This document shows, piece by piece, positions 40,801-53,228 of a stretch of 64,000 bases of DNA. Positions within the stretch are counted from its first letter, which is position 1. Each line of letters begins with the position of its first letter. Under the pieces are notes generated by a model. The model saw only the letters and a list, made by a program, of their open reading frames with translations. It searched no databases and was not told where the DNA came from. This DNA is from Lama glama (lineage: Eukaryota). The stretch lies in NCBI GenBank assembly GCA_028534125.1, contig CM052816.1, forward strand, positions 75,084,001-75,148,000, written 5' to 3'. The position numbers were made by a program, and so were the translations under genes.

Positions 40801-43725
40801 TGCTGAACTTCTTTTCCTGTGGCTAAGAGCAAAGCAGTGTACGTGCTCCCTACATTAGGCTGATCCTCATGAGGAGGAAGAGTCAAGCTGAATTTCACAT
40901 GCCTTAGTCCCTCTGCCCAGATAGCCATTCGGTTGTCAGGTAGGGGACACACCTGCTGCCAGAGTATTACACTAATAGGTGTCCTTCCACATGGAAGGGA
41001 GTATGAGAAGTGGGGAGTAAATGCTCCACCCCAGCGCAGTTGCTTGGTAGAGCCATACGCACACGTTCATCCTCTACAAATGCTTGATGGTGGTGCTGTG
41101 CTGAATACTTCTCTCTCTCTCCTTTGATGCTACTGGCTCCCAGCATTTGTTTGACTAAGGAGTCCTTTGGTTTATTTTTTTCCCCACTCACATTTTGAAG
41201 AAAGCCTTTCTCTCAAATAAATATCCAGTAATAATTCATTTACAAAGAGTCCAAGTGATTGCACAGTTCCTCATATTAAAACTGTGACAGGCTATACTGC
41301 TTTATTTTTGGCTGTACTTATATCACTCAGTGTGTTACTACCAGTTATTTGATGGGCTAGATAGAAATAAAGATGAAAGAGGACACCCCATCACTTATAT
41401 TCCATTATCCCCAAAGTATCTTTTTTCTAGTGGGTTGTTAATTCAATTAGTTATTAATATTTCTTTCCTGATGCATGCTTAAGTTACATAAATAGGTTTT
41501 TCTTTATCATATATGTCTGTGGACCTTTTGTAAACTAGATTATTTCTTTCTGTTTGTTTTTTTTTTAATTTAAACGTTTAAAAATTGAATCCATAGTTGA
41601 ACATCGTGTGGTAGGATAAACTTCCCAAGGTCATTAGTCATCCGTGATTATTCCTTAAACACCCAGCGTATGTCCCATATTGAGCTGTGAAATGTAAATA
41701 AAATAGAACAAATTTGTACTGTTTCTACTCCCAAGGGCTTTGGTCTTATTCTTTAGGGAGGAATACACTTAAACCACCAGTGGCAAAAAAATCAAATAAG
41801 AATCCTGCTTGTTTATATGTTTGCAGTGGAATCTGAAAGAAGCCAGATGCAGACATTCTTTGCCACTTTGAATAAATTTGTGCTGTCAGTATCTACTGAG
41901 AACTGGTATTATGCCAGAATTAAACAGTATACTCTTTAGGTTTCAACGGACTGGGAAGATGACGTGTTAGTGTATCTTCTGCACTTAAATCATGTAGTCC
42001 TGTGCTTAACCTGCAGGTCCCTTTGGCAGGATAGTCTGCTGCAGCTTACGTGGGCTTACAATGTCGATGAGCCCGTGAGAGAACAGAGGAAATGGTGATT
42101 TAGTAGGTGCTTTTCATTACAGAAATAGACAGGCCAGGTCAGTCTGCATAAAGGCTCATCTTCTTTTCTGATGAAAGTCAGTTTCCACATTGAGGATATA
42201 AATGATACCAAGAGCTCAAAATAGGGCCAACATGACAAGGAGAAGAATCAGATGTTTGGTTTATTTTAAGTTAAGGTGTCTGGTTTCCTTTTAAAGGAAA
42301 TGCTGTACAGCACCTATTGGAAAATGATCTGTTTTCAAAAAAGGAGAGCTTTGTTTCATTAAATTATTCCCACAGATGCTCTGTTGTTTAAAAAAAGAAA
42401 ATGGATTATTCGTGAGACACACTTTCTAAATACTCAGAGCCCATATGTCTTTATTCTTTTCAGTAGAGTCGGAGATGTATGCAAATGAGGGCTGTGACTT
42501 TTGTCTCTTATATGTCTATTAGTTTGTTTATTCCTGTGTTTCTCTTCTTGGAACTGGCAAGCTGAATGAGCTGTCATTTAGCCTCAGATGCATAACATAC
42601 CAAGCCACTCCAATCCTTTTTATTTTGGTCATGTCATTCCCTTAGTACAAAAAATGGAAAAGGGGGCATTATCTTTTAACATTGTGTGGAGTTAATAAAC
42701 AATTTACAAATGAAGTAGAAATACTTAACCTTATCAAAGCCAGGTGATTGCCTACTTCTATTTTTAATACTGACTTAACCTCTGTTAGAAACCTTTCTTC
42801 TAGTTCTTTAAACCTTATGTAACCCACTCACTCAGTCATTCATTTATTTATCCATTAATTTAACAGAATATTAACTTTATTTTGGAAAACAAGTTAGACC
42901 CACTTCAATTGCCACTTCCCTGAGGGGCTCAAAAATCACCAAAACTTTAATATTCCCTACTGTGCTTCCCATGAGACCTGTTACTAGGACTTCATGGATA
43001 TTTGCAGATTAAATGAAGAAGTCTGTATCTGCCATTACACCCTGAAAGATCTGTCAGAATTAAGCCAGACCACTTTAGGTTTGTTACTCCACCAGCTCTA
43101 CCACTAAATGTAGACCTGTCTTCATGTTTCTCTGCTTCAAGACTCCTAGGAATGCACTTGCTTTTCTGTACTTTGAACATAATTGTAGTTAATATTTAAT
43201 GCTATTACCTCCTTTTTGTAATAACTTGGAATCTTTTCACTGCCTTTATATCATTTGCACTCTGATTATGAAATTTCTGATAAAACTTTGTCATCCAAAG
43301 ATTACATTAATTGTCTCTCAACAAAACTGTGACTTGACTGGGCCTATTTTGAGGGTTTTGAAACTTGAGCCTTGCCCTGTGTCTCTCTTCTGAGTGAAGT
43401 TTCCTGTCTCAGAGCTTAGTGGTCCATTCAGTAGAGAATTTGGCTATTTGGACCCTTTGTCTCCCACTGTTCCCCCTCCATCTCCTGCTAGTTGCCAGCC
43501 TTAGTCATCCCTAATTTAGAAGCTATAAGGCAAGAAGGTTGAGAACTACTAAAGACACAAAATGAAAATGGAAAAGGGGGTCTTTGTCTCGGTAGTTCGG
43601 GATGGACAAACATGAGGAAACCCCGCTGCTTGTTGCCTACATCATTCAGGTTTGGAAATTCAAGGGAGAGATGTTTATACCATGATGTTTTTCATAAGTT
43701 GATTTTTTCCTCTTTCTTTTACCAG

Positions 43726-43767
43726 GTTTCACCAAAACTCATGCCAATGCGGCAGATCACAACTTGA
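43726..43767 (+). CDS. OXCT1: OXCT1 terminal coding exon (human exon 17 equivalent): VSPKLMPMRQITT*
   Basis: Strong polypyrimidine tract and accag acceptor; gtt tca cca aaa ctc atg cca atg cgg cag atc aca act TGA resembles the SCOT C-terminus (human VSPKLMPMQQIAN, from recall). Confidence 0.96.
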   Translation, partial: VSPKLMPMRQITT

Positions 43768-45572
43768 AATGTGGAGTAGACGTTTGTCCCAAGCTGCGTG
43801 TTTTTCATTTTAATCACATAGGATTTTATTGAAGGGACATCAGTAATCGTAACTGTGTATCCAACAAGCAGCTGTTGACTGATTTCTCCTAGCATCTTAC
43901 GCTTTATACAGCCATGTAGACTCTGTCCTCTCAAGCGTACTGTGACATTTTAATGAAAAACAGAAAGAAAAAATATATGTGATTATCTTATTTGTTTTAT
44001 AAGTGCTGAGGAGGCTGTCTTTACAGTTGGTGCTCACACTGGGTTTCATCTTCTGTGGTGTGTACATTAGATCGGGTGCAGCTTGTACCAGAAGGGGCCC
44101 TTAGGAAGAGTGTTACTGATGTGCTTTGCCTCTTAACTAAATCTTCACATGTAGAAAAAAAAAGAATGAGGGAGGAAAAGAACTCCACCCAGAGTATGCC
44201 CAAGGCAGCATTGTACTAATCCTGAAAGGTAACATGTATGTGAATTTTAATGAGGAGAAATGCTGTCATAAGGATTATGTTTTTCCTTGAGCCTCCTCTG
44301 TCTTTTCTTTTGGAGCCTCTGATTTTGTGGTTTCATTATATTTCACTAGACCATCCCTTCTCCTTCCACACTTTTTATAACTAAATAGATGCCCAAGAAG
44401 GCAGCCAGAACTTCTCTGTAGGAGAAGTAACCTGGTTTGTGGGAGAGACCAAAGGGTGAAGGGTCTACTGGTGCTGACATCCCACCAAGAAGTTGCCTTT
44501 AGAAACAAACCAACCGTCTGTGCTTTGCCAAAGATTACAGTTTATTGTAGGAAGAGGGCTACGAACCTAACTGATCTCGTCAGTTTTCTCATTTTCAAAC
44601 AGATCAGTATCCCTGTGTGTCCAGAAGGATCCTTAAGAGTCTTTCTCTGTGTTACTGTGTGCTTCTTGTGTAGTACCTCCTTTCACGCCAAGAGGGACTG
44701 TGGGGTAATTCATCATGAACCGTAGGAACAATGACAGGAGAGTTCAAAGAGTCTTTCTTCTCAGGCTTTCTTTTTTCTGCTCAGAAAAGTTTCTAAATAT
44801 TGAATGCCTTTTTCTACAGACAGCATTCTGTCTTCTGCTCAGATTTCTTCCTTGAACAAAGTACTTTTAATTCAGCTTTACCAGACTAGGGAAGACAGTG
44901 ATGAGCAAATCCAGGATTTGAAGAGCAGTGGATTCATTCTTAGAAAATAAACGTGGCAGATTAGGTTTTGTAAGGGACTTCTCCTCTGAGATACCCTCGG
45001 TAGGGAGTATACCCAGCATCTTGGTGACCAAATGGAAGAAGACTTCGGTCACCCTGAAGACAGGCCGGAGTGCTGTCCTCTGGACAGAGGTAGGCATGGT
45101 CCAGTGCAATAGATCATTCCTCTGGCACCAGACATAGGAATTTATGCATATTTTTCGGTGATGGTTGTCACTGAAATTCACTTTCTCTTCAGGTACAGCT
45201 ACAGTTCTGTCATACGAGAGGAAGGAGAGGGCCTTTTGGTGAGACGCACACTCCGTATATATAAAATGGTCTTTCTGACTGGCTGGGTGGTTGAAAGCAT
45301 GTTTTCCCAGTACTGGGAAAATGGACTTTTTAAAGGATTTGTGAGGTCTGGAGAATAATACAGATCCATGTTAGCATTGTGGTTTGGAAAATGTATATTG
45401 TTGATGGCCGCTGTATTGGCTAACTTACTTGTGTATCACTCTGTGAGTCTGAGACTGTTTCTCACTTTGAGTGGCAGATCCTAAGCAGATGACTTTATAT
45501 TCTTGATTAAAGGTACCACGTATGTTCAGAAATGTGTTAAGAAATACAATAAATATTCCAAGTTGATACAGA
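43768..45572 (+). other. OXCT1: OXCT1 3'UTR (3' end inferred)
   Basis: Sequence with no obvious interspersed repeat from the stop codon to the AATAAA at 45548. The cleavage position is an estimate. Confidence 0.65.
45548..45553 (+). promoter_or_regulatory. Probable distal polyadenylation signal of OXCT1
   Basis: AATAAA with an upstream ATTAAA (45506-45511), upstream TGTA motifs and a downstream ttgtccttttt element (~45581-45591). Confidence 0.65.
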
Positions 45573-45934
45573 CGGCGTCATTGTCCTTTTTCTCACTGGG
45601 AATGACACGACGACACATGGGAATAATACAGCAGACACCGGTGAAATGGCCAACCGTAAATCACGTTAGCATGCTCCACCACTTCTGACCAACTTACTGC
45701 TTTTCCTTTTGCTCCTACCAAAGAAAAGAGATGGGCCTTCATGAAAGAAGAGATGAAACGTTTACCTAAATGAATTCTGACTTTGCCTCTTGTCAGAGTC
45801 AATCATTTGTCTATAAAAATTGATTATCCCAGGTTTCATGTGTTAATATTTCTTTGCTTTTATTTAACGTTCCTTTAGGATGCACACACGAGTAATTTCC
45901 CAGAGGTGCATTGAGTTTGCATTTTGAAGCCGCT

Positions 45935-46445
45935 CTAGTGGTGTCTACCCAGCATCTATGTTGCCCCTCTGATCATAGACTCACCCGCAGGCCAAGACGT
46001 TGGGCCTGCATGTGCCCAAGACATGCCTCTTTTTGTAGCTCTTCTTTGTCCAGAGTGATTCTATCCAGGGGTGGGCGTAGGACCCAAAATGTACCATTCA
46101 GGCTATTTATCCTATATTCAAAAACTGGAGATGAGAGAGAAACCATAAGAATGTGAGTTTGGCACCAATATCCCTTCCCCCACACACCCCAAACACATAC
46201 ACATCCCTTACACACACCCCATACCCCCCTCCACACACACATCCGCTACCAGCTGAGCTGCAGTTGGAAGGAAAGAAGTGGAAACACAGTGAGCTGTAGG
46301 GAGGGAGCAGCCTGGTGGAACCTGAGTTCCTGGTTCTGCATGTGTCTAAGGCCAGCTTCTTTTCTGCCATACTTGGACTTGAGCCCACGTCTCCATTTTT
46401 GCTTGAGCTGGGGCTTTGTCACCTGCAACCAGAGTGTGAACTTGA
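45935..46445 (+). mobile_element. Old ERVL solo LTR (LTR33/LTR16-like) with an internal C/A-rich low-complexity tract
   Basis: Starts tagtggtgtctacccagcatc..., ends ...tttttgcttgagctgggctttgtcacctgcaaccagag. Confidence 0.6.
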
Positions 46446-48869
46446 ACAGCTTTTGTAATTCTTGCGTCCTTAGGAGGGATCCGCTCTTCTACAGAAGTTA
46501 TGCAGAATACGAGCAAAACTGCTTGTACCTGGGCCCAGAGAACACATGTGAGAGCATTTCCAGGTGCCACCCAGTGGGTCAGAAGGTTGTGGGTAGAGGT
46601 TTTCTTTCTCCTACAATCTCAGTATAGTCAGCACAGCTTTGAAAGTTATTCCAGTGGAAGTGTAAGTAGAGACTTATTCATTGGAGACTTACTCATTTGC
46701 ACTAACCTTTTCCCTTTTTTTCCACAAAGTGTGATCTTGAGTTTCTCAAGCTTATTTTCAGATTCTTCATTTTTAAAATGAAAAGAATATACTATGTTCC
46801 ACAATGGTTCTATAAGACATAATTAATACACTTGGTTGCAAAAAATACTGACAGATCTTTTAAAAATGTGTGTCACAATACTACCTTGGGGCAGACCTGT
46901 CAGATGTGCCTATCCTTTTATTTTTCAGTGTCTCCACAGCCTTCCCACTTTAAGCCTGTACTGAACATCAAAGTGGGTTTAAGCATAAATACCAATGTCA
47001 TGTGGTCTGAATGTGTGTCTGCGTGACGTATACTTGGAGTCTCCTGCTTCCATAATGTTAAACGTGTCTAGGTGAAACCACCTGAAGACACCCTTTTGAG
47101 ACCACAAAGCAAGTCTCATGAGAGTAATGCCGACACCAATCCAGGTGAATAATTCGTAAGACAATTCCTTCCCTCAAAGCCACAGTCAGACAAATGCTAT
47201 TTGCTTGTGGAGGATAAATATGCTTGATTATCTCAGTCACTGTTGCCCTTGATGGGGCGCCGCTCTGGGTGATCCTTGTGGAAACGACCTCAGGCAACTA
47301 TCCTGGCTCTTTTGTAGTGTGACCCACATAAGGTCCAGACAGGGCACGCCTATTTCCAGTGATGAACCACGGGAGCCCAAGTCCCCAGTGCAGTCATTAT
47401 ATTTTGTTGGCACATTTCTAGGCATTCCATCACTTACTCTTTAAAACTTCCAAGAGGAAATCAGAGACCAAAGCTCACATGTAAACCTTGGTGTTGTATT
47501 TGAAACCTCTCTTGGGGATAGGAGGTAGCATCTCCCACTTTGTCTTTCAGGGATCAGAATGCCCGATAGCTCTCTCCAAATCTCCATAAATACTCCTTTA
47601 ATCTCCAGCTCCCAACCCTTTTATACATCCAGTGAAAGTAAGGGTTGAAGAGTTGTCTGTTTCTTAGCCATATATTCCAAGATGTGTGCGTCGTGGCCTC
47701 ACTTTGGAATGGAGCATACGTTGGATCTGAGTGCAGTTTTTTACGTCTTGTGTATTAGTATAACAACTCCTTGACTTGCCCATGGTAGCTTTCTAAATGT
47801 GTTCATTTCTAAATGTGTTTATTGAATCAGTTTACTAGTTGAAAACATGAAGTGATAGCAGGCCAGGCCTGAGGGTTTCCCTCAGCTAAGTAATTAGATT
47901 AAGACCTCTAAAGAAGACGTAGGAAAAGAAAGGGAAAGAAATGAGATAGACTCTGGAGGCTATAATAAAGAAATAAAGAGACTTGCAATAGTCACCTACG
48001 TTTGTTTAGCATTTTATAATTTATAAAACATCTAGAATATGCCAGCTCATTTATTTCATTCTCACAATAATCTGCCAGGAGACATTATTACCTCCATTAA
48101 AATTAACTTCATTAGTCTGAGGGAAGTAATGTCCATCAATTCTTTAATCAAATTAGCCTTTCAGGGCTAATGTTGGATTTTGCCAAGGTAGTTAATGAGA
48201 TGTGAATTAAATCCCCTGAATAGAACTAGATTTGTTACTCTCTGGTAAGCTACACAGCAGAGAGTTCAGAACCTTTAAACCTAATGGGACATGTCTTCAG
48301 GTTTTGTTCTCCCTGTCCACACAGCTCTTGTACACAACCCAGTTTATAAGGAAATGGGTAATTGTTCAAATAAAAAGGATAATGGCACCCACTGGGCAGA
48401 TTGTCCCTGTGGAAGATTTGCAATTACTGGGTTTGCTCATGTAAAAGGCCCTGTGTAAGCAACCACAAGTAAGGATGCCCAACTGACGGAAGGGACTGAT
48501 GGACACTGCTTTACCTTTATGGCTGAACAGCTTTGGAAATTTGATTGTCTTGGCATTAACTTTACCCATGTTCAAAGTCAGAGTTGTGGCTGAGATTCAT
48601 TCAGTTGAACTCAAAAGATAACGTTGATATTGAGAGCCTGAAAATAAATGTTACTGGCGACACAGAGAACATCACCCAGTGAAATCTAGTGTCATTCCAT
48701 TCACGGGGGGAAGACAGGGTCCTGAAAGGAAGAAACCTAGTCACAGAATTGGAGCCTATGGAGCTACTGAGGGTGGATGTGGGGGTGGTAAGTCATTAAA
48801 GACCAAGATACATATCATATGAGAATGTTTAATTGTTGCTATCTTACTTCTCTGAATATGACACCATTT

Positions 48870-50092
48870 TTAAAATTATAGTAAGAATATTTAATGTGAG
48901 ATCTACCCTCTTAACTACAGTATTGTCAACCACAGGGGCAATGCAATGAGCAGATCTCCAGAACTATTCATCTTGTATAATTGAAAGTTTATGCCCGTTG
49001 AACAGCTGCTCTTCATCTCCTCCTCCTTCAAGCCCCTGGCAACCACCATTCTATTCTCTGTTTCTATGAGTTTGGGAATCATGCAATATTTGTCCTTCTG
49101 TGACTGACTTATTCCACTTGGTAAAATGTCCTCTAGGTTCATCCATTTCATCACATAATGACAGGATTTCCTTCTTTTTATGGCCAAATAGTAGTCTATT
49201 GTATGCGTACACCATGTTTTTTTTTTCTCAATCCATTTATCCATCCACGGACTTTTAGGTTATTTCTATATCTTAGCTATTCTAAACTATGCTTTATTGA
49301 ACATGGGAGTGCTGATATTTCTTCAGATTCCTGGTTTCAATTATTATTTCAATTATTTATATACCAAAGAGGGGATTGCTGATTATCTAGTAACACTTAA
49401 AATTTTTGAGGAGCTTCCATACTGTTTTCCATAGCAGCAGAATCATTTTACATTCCTACCAACAGTATAGACGAGTTCAAATTTATTCACATCCTTGTTA
49501 ATACTTGTTACCTATTTTGTTTTTGATAGTAACTATTCTAATAGGTATGAGGTGATACTTCATTGAGATTTGGATTTCCATTTCCTTGATGATTAGTGAT
49601 AATGAGCATCTTTTCATATATCTATTGGCCATTTGTATGTTTTCTTTGGGGAAATGACTATTTTTGTCCTTTGCCCATTTCTCAACTGGTTATTTAAATG
49701 TTTGCTACTGAATTGTATGAGTTTCTTAGGTGTATGGAGCCCCACTTTTCTGTTTTGCTTTTGTTGCCTGTGCTCTTGGTGTCATATCTAAAAAGTCATT
49801 GCCAAGACCAATGTCCAGAAGATTTTCCCCTGCGATTTCTTCTAGGAGTTCTATAGATTCAGGACTTATGTTTAAGTCTTTAATCTATTTGAGCTGATTT
49901 TTGTGTGTGGTGTAAGATAAGCAACTAATTTCATTTTTTCGTGCATGGATATCCAGTTTTCCCAGCACCATTTGTTGAAGAGACTACCCTATCCCCATTG
50001 TGTGCTCTTAGTATCCCTATTGAAGATCAATTGATCATATATGTGTGAGCTTATCTCTGGGCTCTCTGTTCTTTTCCATTAATCTAGATGTC
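48870..50092 (-). mobile_element. L1 (L1MA9/L1MB-like) 3' end with ORF2 C-terminal region
   Basis: tgagatctaccctcttaac...cccctggcaaccaccattct...ccagttttcccagcaccatttgttgaagagact. Possible TSD remnant gacaccat at 48860-48867 and 50097-50104. Confidence 0.9.
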
Positions 50093-50501
50093 TGAAGACA
50101 CCATCAATTTAAAAATTCGTTATGACTTTGTTTGCTTTTTTTGCCACTTACACATTTTATTATATGCATTTTTAGATTTTTTAGACTTTCCTTTGGTCTC
50201 AGGTGGGTTTGCTTAGTGTTCCCTTTTTGTATGTAAAACAAAGAAGGTCATTGATGGATGCTTTATTCAGCTGATAGACATCAGGAGCAGTTAATGGCCC
50301 AAGTAAATCCACCTGTCTTCAAGTCTGTACATTTATTATCAGGGCTTCCCGCTGACAGAAGGGCTCAAGTTGTTCAAGGAACAGGTTGGGGGTGGAGATC
50401 AGGTCAGGATAAGGATGGGAGGAAGCTGGGGTGCCTGTCTCAGCTTCTCCTGGAGCAGTAGGGCAGCCAGAAGCTGCAGAAGCCAAGGCAATAGCAGGAT
50501 A

Positions 50502-50573
50502 CCATCATTTGTGAATTGCATCCCAATTCCAGAGATTTAAAATGTGGGAAATCATTCATACTGGTGTCGATAC
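50502..50573 (-). mobile_element. MER104-like (Tc2-type DNA transposon) fragment
   Basis: ccatcatttgtgaattgcatcccaattccagagatttaaaatgtgggaaa resembles the recalled MER104 end. Confidence 0.5.
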
Positions 50574-50654
50574 ATTGAAAAAGTCCTCTAAGACCTTTCT
50601 AAATCAGCATAGTACCTGATTTAACCAATATTTTACTATAGATAAAATAGCTTA

Positions 50655-50810
50655 AAAGTTTATACTGTAAAGCACAGTAAATATCTTGTAGTAACCTATA
50701 ATGAAAGAGAATATGAAAACAAATGTACATCTGTATATGTATAACTGAACTATTGTGCTATACACCAGAAATAGACACAACATTATAAACTGACTATCCT
50801 TTAATTTAGA
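50655..50810 (+). mobile_element. L1 3' terminal fragment (older artiodactyl/camelid subfamily)
   Basis: tatactgtaaagcacag...atatcttgtagtaacctataatgaaagagaatatgaaaac...tacaccagaaatagacacaacattataaactgacta, a diverged relative of 54821-55011. Confidence 0.8.
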
Positions 50811-51272
50811 AGAAGAGTATTTTAAAGAAACCCATCTTATAACTTTCAAGTACATACGGAACTGATTGTATAGGAAAAGACCTGCTTTATGGATAGAAAA
50901 GAGTTGGTAATTATATTGGTGTGTATGTAAATAGTGCTTTAAAACAGTTCTTCCAGGCAGCCCAGGTGCTTATTATGCCATCTCTTCATCACGATGTGCC
51001 TTCCAGCTATGTCTCTGTGTCCTCCTGGCCTTCTCCCCTAACTCCTGTCTTTTCTATATACACAATTTCTGTCTTAGGGATACACAGGCTTACTCTATCT
51101 GCGAAAATAAATTAATATTTAATTAAAAATATTTAACATATCACTGGTACCCAAATACATTAATAAATGCATAGAAGGCCAAACATTTGAGGAGGACATT
51201 TCCATTGAGTCAGTAGTATCAAACTCGATAAGAGATTGCCGAAGAAAGTACAACGCCGTTTAGGTTGAACGT

Positions 51273-51671
51273 TGCTGTGGAATAAATATTTCTGCCCTCC
51301 ACCCAAGTGCTCATTTTGAAACCCTAATACTCATTGTGATACTATTTGGAGGAAGGGTCTTTGGGAGGTTTAGATCAGGTTTAGATAAGCTCAGGAGAGT
51401 GCAGCTTCCACGGTGATATTACTGCCCTTATGTAAAGGGGAAGAGACAAGAGCCCCCCAAATCTTCTGTCTCTGCTCTGTGAGGATACAACGAGAAGGCA
51501 GCCATCTGCAAACCAGGGAACGGGCTCTCATCAGACACTGAATCTGCCAGCAGCTTGATTTGGGGCTTCTCAGCCTTTAGTAAATAAATAAATACATTTA
51601 TTTTAATAAATAAACATTTAATGTTTAAACTACCCAGTCTATGGTATTTGCAGCCTTAACTGCTTAAGACA
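51273..51671 (+). mobile_element. MaLR solo LTR (MLT1A-like)
   Basis: TG...CA termini (tgctgtgg...taagaca); gtgaggatacaacgagaaggcagccatctgcaaaccagg; cccagtctatggtattt. Confidence 0.88.
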
Positions 51672-52456
51672 AGTGTGATCAACTTGGAGAAAGCTTGGGA
51701 AAACAAAGAATTAAGAAGAATAAAACTATGATAAAAGAATAAAATACATGTAATATTAATTTACAGAAGGGAAGGAAGTGAAAGGAGTGATTTAATAAGC
51801 ATTTAAAGAACTGCTATGTATAACTAATAAAGAATGTCCTTGGTCTAAAAGGAAATAAGAAGACAAGGTGAGTGAGGAATTTAATTTAGATATTAAGCAG
51901 CATGTACTGACAGTGAGATTTTAAAGAACAGGAATTAAAGATTCCCTACCTAATTATGTATTTATTTACTCATTCATTTATTCCTTTATTGGTAGGAGTT
52001 GCAAGTGGAAGAGGGACCAGAGAAGTATCATGTAGTTCATTTAAAGGCTGCCTTGAAATCTGGTATTCCTGAAATCTGATATTTATTCAAGGAAATTTCT
52101 ACTGCCTTGATAGTCTGGATTCTCTTCATGAATTTATCAACTCTCTCATTATCCTAAGAAATCTATTACCAAGCGCTTGGCAAACTGGTTTCTCAATAAA
52201 GTTTCAGTGAAGGAGTAAATAAAGAGTGGATAAATTAATTATTACAAGTAATTCAGTGGCACAAGATTATATTCATACAAAATTTAGTTTGTCTTTTTAA
52301 CTTTCTAACTCCAAATAACAATAGTAACTAGTAAATCATCACACAACTGATTTGGGGCTATGACAGTAATAATTTAGAGATCTCTTTCTCCTTCTTACTT
52401 CCCTCCCTTTTCTTTTTCCTTCTTGTTTTCTTTTCACAGATGTTTATTGAGCACTT

Positions 52457-53228
52457 TGTCAGTCAGGGTCTAATCAGAGCAAAAACTACGTGGTAAGTTG
52501 AACAGAGAGAATTAAAAAAAAGAATTATTAACTATAATAGGGGATTGGAGTGATGAGAATTGACTAACACAAAGCAAAGAGAAATCAAAACAGCATAGGA
52601 ATCATGGATAGGAGGGGCAGAAGCACCCCAAGGGTTGAGACAGAGTATCCAGGGCGATGCCTCCGGGATGGGACCAAGATCCAGACCTTGTTGGAAAGTG
52701 TGCAGTTGTGGCTTGCTAGGCGGCAGACAAGTCACTGTGGTACCATGCCAGCAGATCTGGCTGGAAATCTGCCTCTAAGTTGCCAGAGGAAGCTGTCCCA
52801 TGGGGTGTTCCAAACTTCAGAAGTTGCCAGAAAGCCACCTGAAGAGAGGCCAGGGAAGCTGCTCACAGGGAGGTGTCTTATTCCACCGCAGGACCCCTGC
52901 GGAAGTGCTGGGGGAAAGTACCCGCACTGGGTCCCACCGGCCGCCACATGACACAGGTCAGTTGTGCTGCGGTTTCTGGGTGTGGAGCAGCTGTGTGTGC
53001 TGTGGGGGCTGGACAGTAGGAAAGCCGTGGGCTGCAGGACTCTGACAAGAGAAGTGCAGGAGGAGAAGCCTCTTCCTCCTCCAGTGTCTGTTCTACACCT
53101 TCTATCGACAAAGATTAACATTGTGCCAAGTGGCCAAGGAGAACTATTTGCAGGGTCCATCTTGTAATCTCAGAACAGACACTGAAGGGTAGATTTGGAG
53201 CTGAAAGGCAACAAATGGATAGCTGACA
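52457..53228 (-). mobile_element. Solo LTR, LTR41-like (ERVL), inserted in an L2 tail
   Basis: tgtcagtcagggtctaatcag...agaattattaacta...gaagggtagatttggagctgaaaggcaacaaatggatagctgaca. TG/CA termini. Family name from recall. Confidence 0.7.

Noticed and set aside
47790..47819. Short tandem duplication (tttctaaatgtgtt x2); similar ones near 17470 and 56610
   Set aside because: Two-copy micro-duplications typical of replication slippage, with no further structure.
52532..53167. Dense overlapping ORFs of up to 142 aa
   Set aside because: They fall in a GC-rich solo LTR where stop codons are rarer; no recognisable domain or splice structure.
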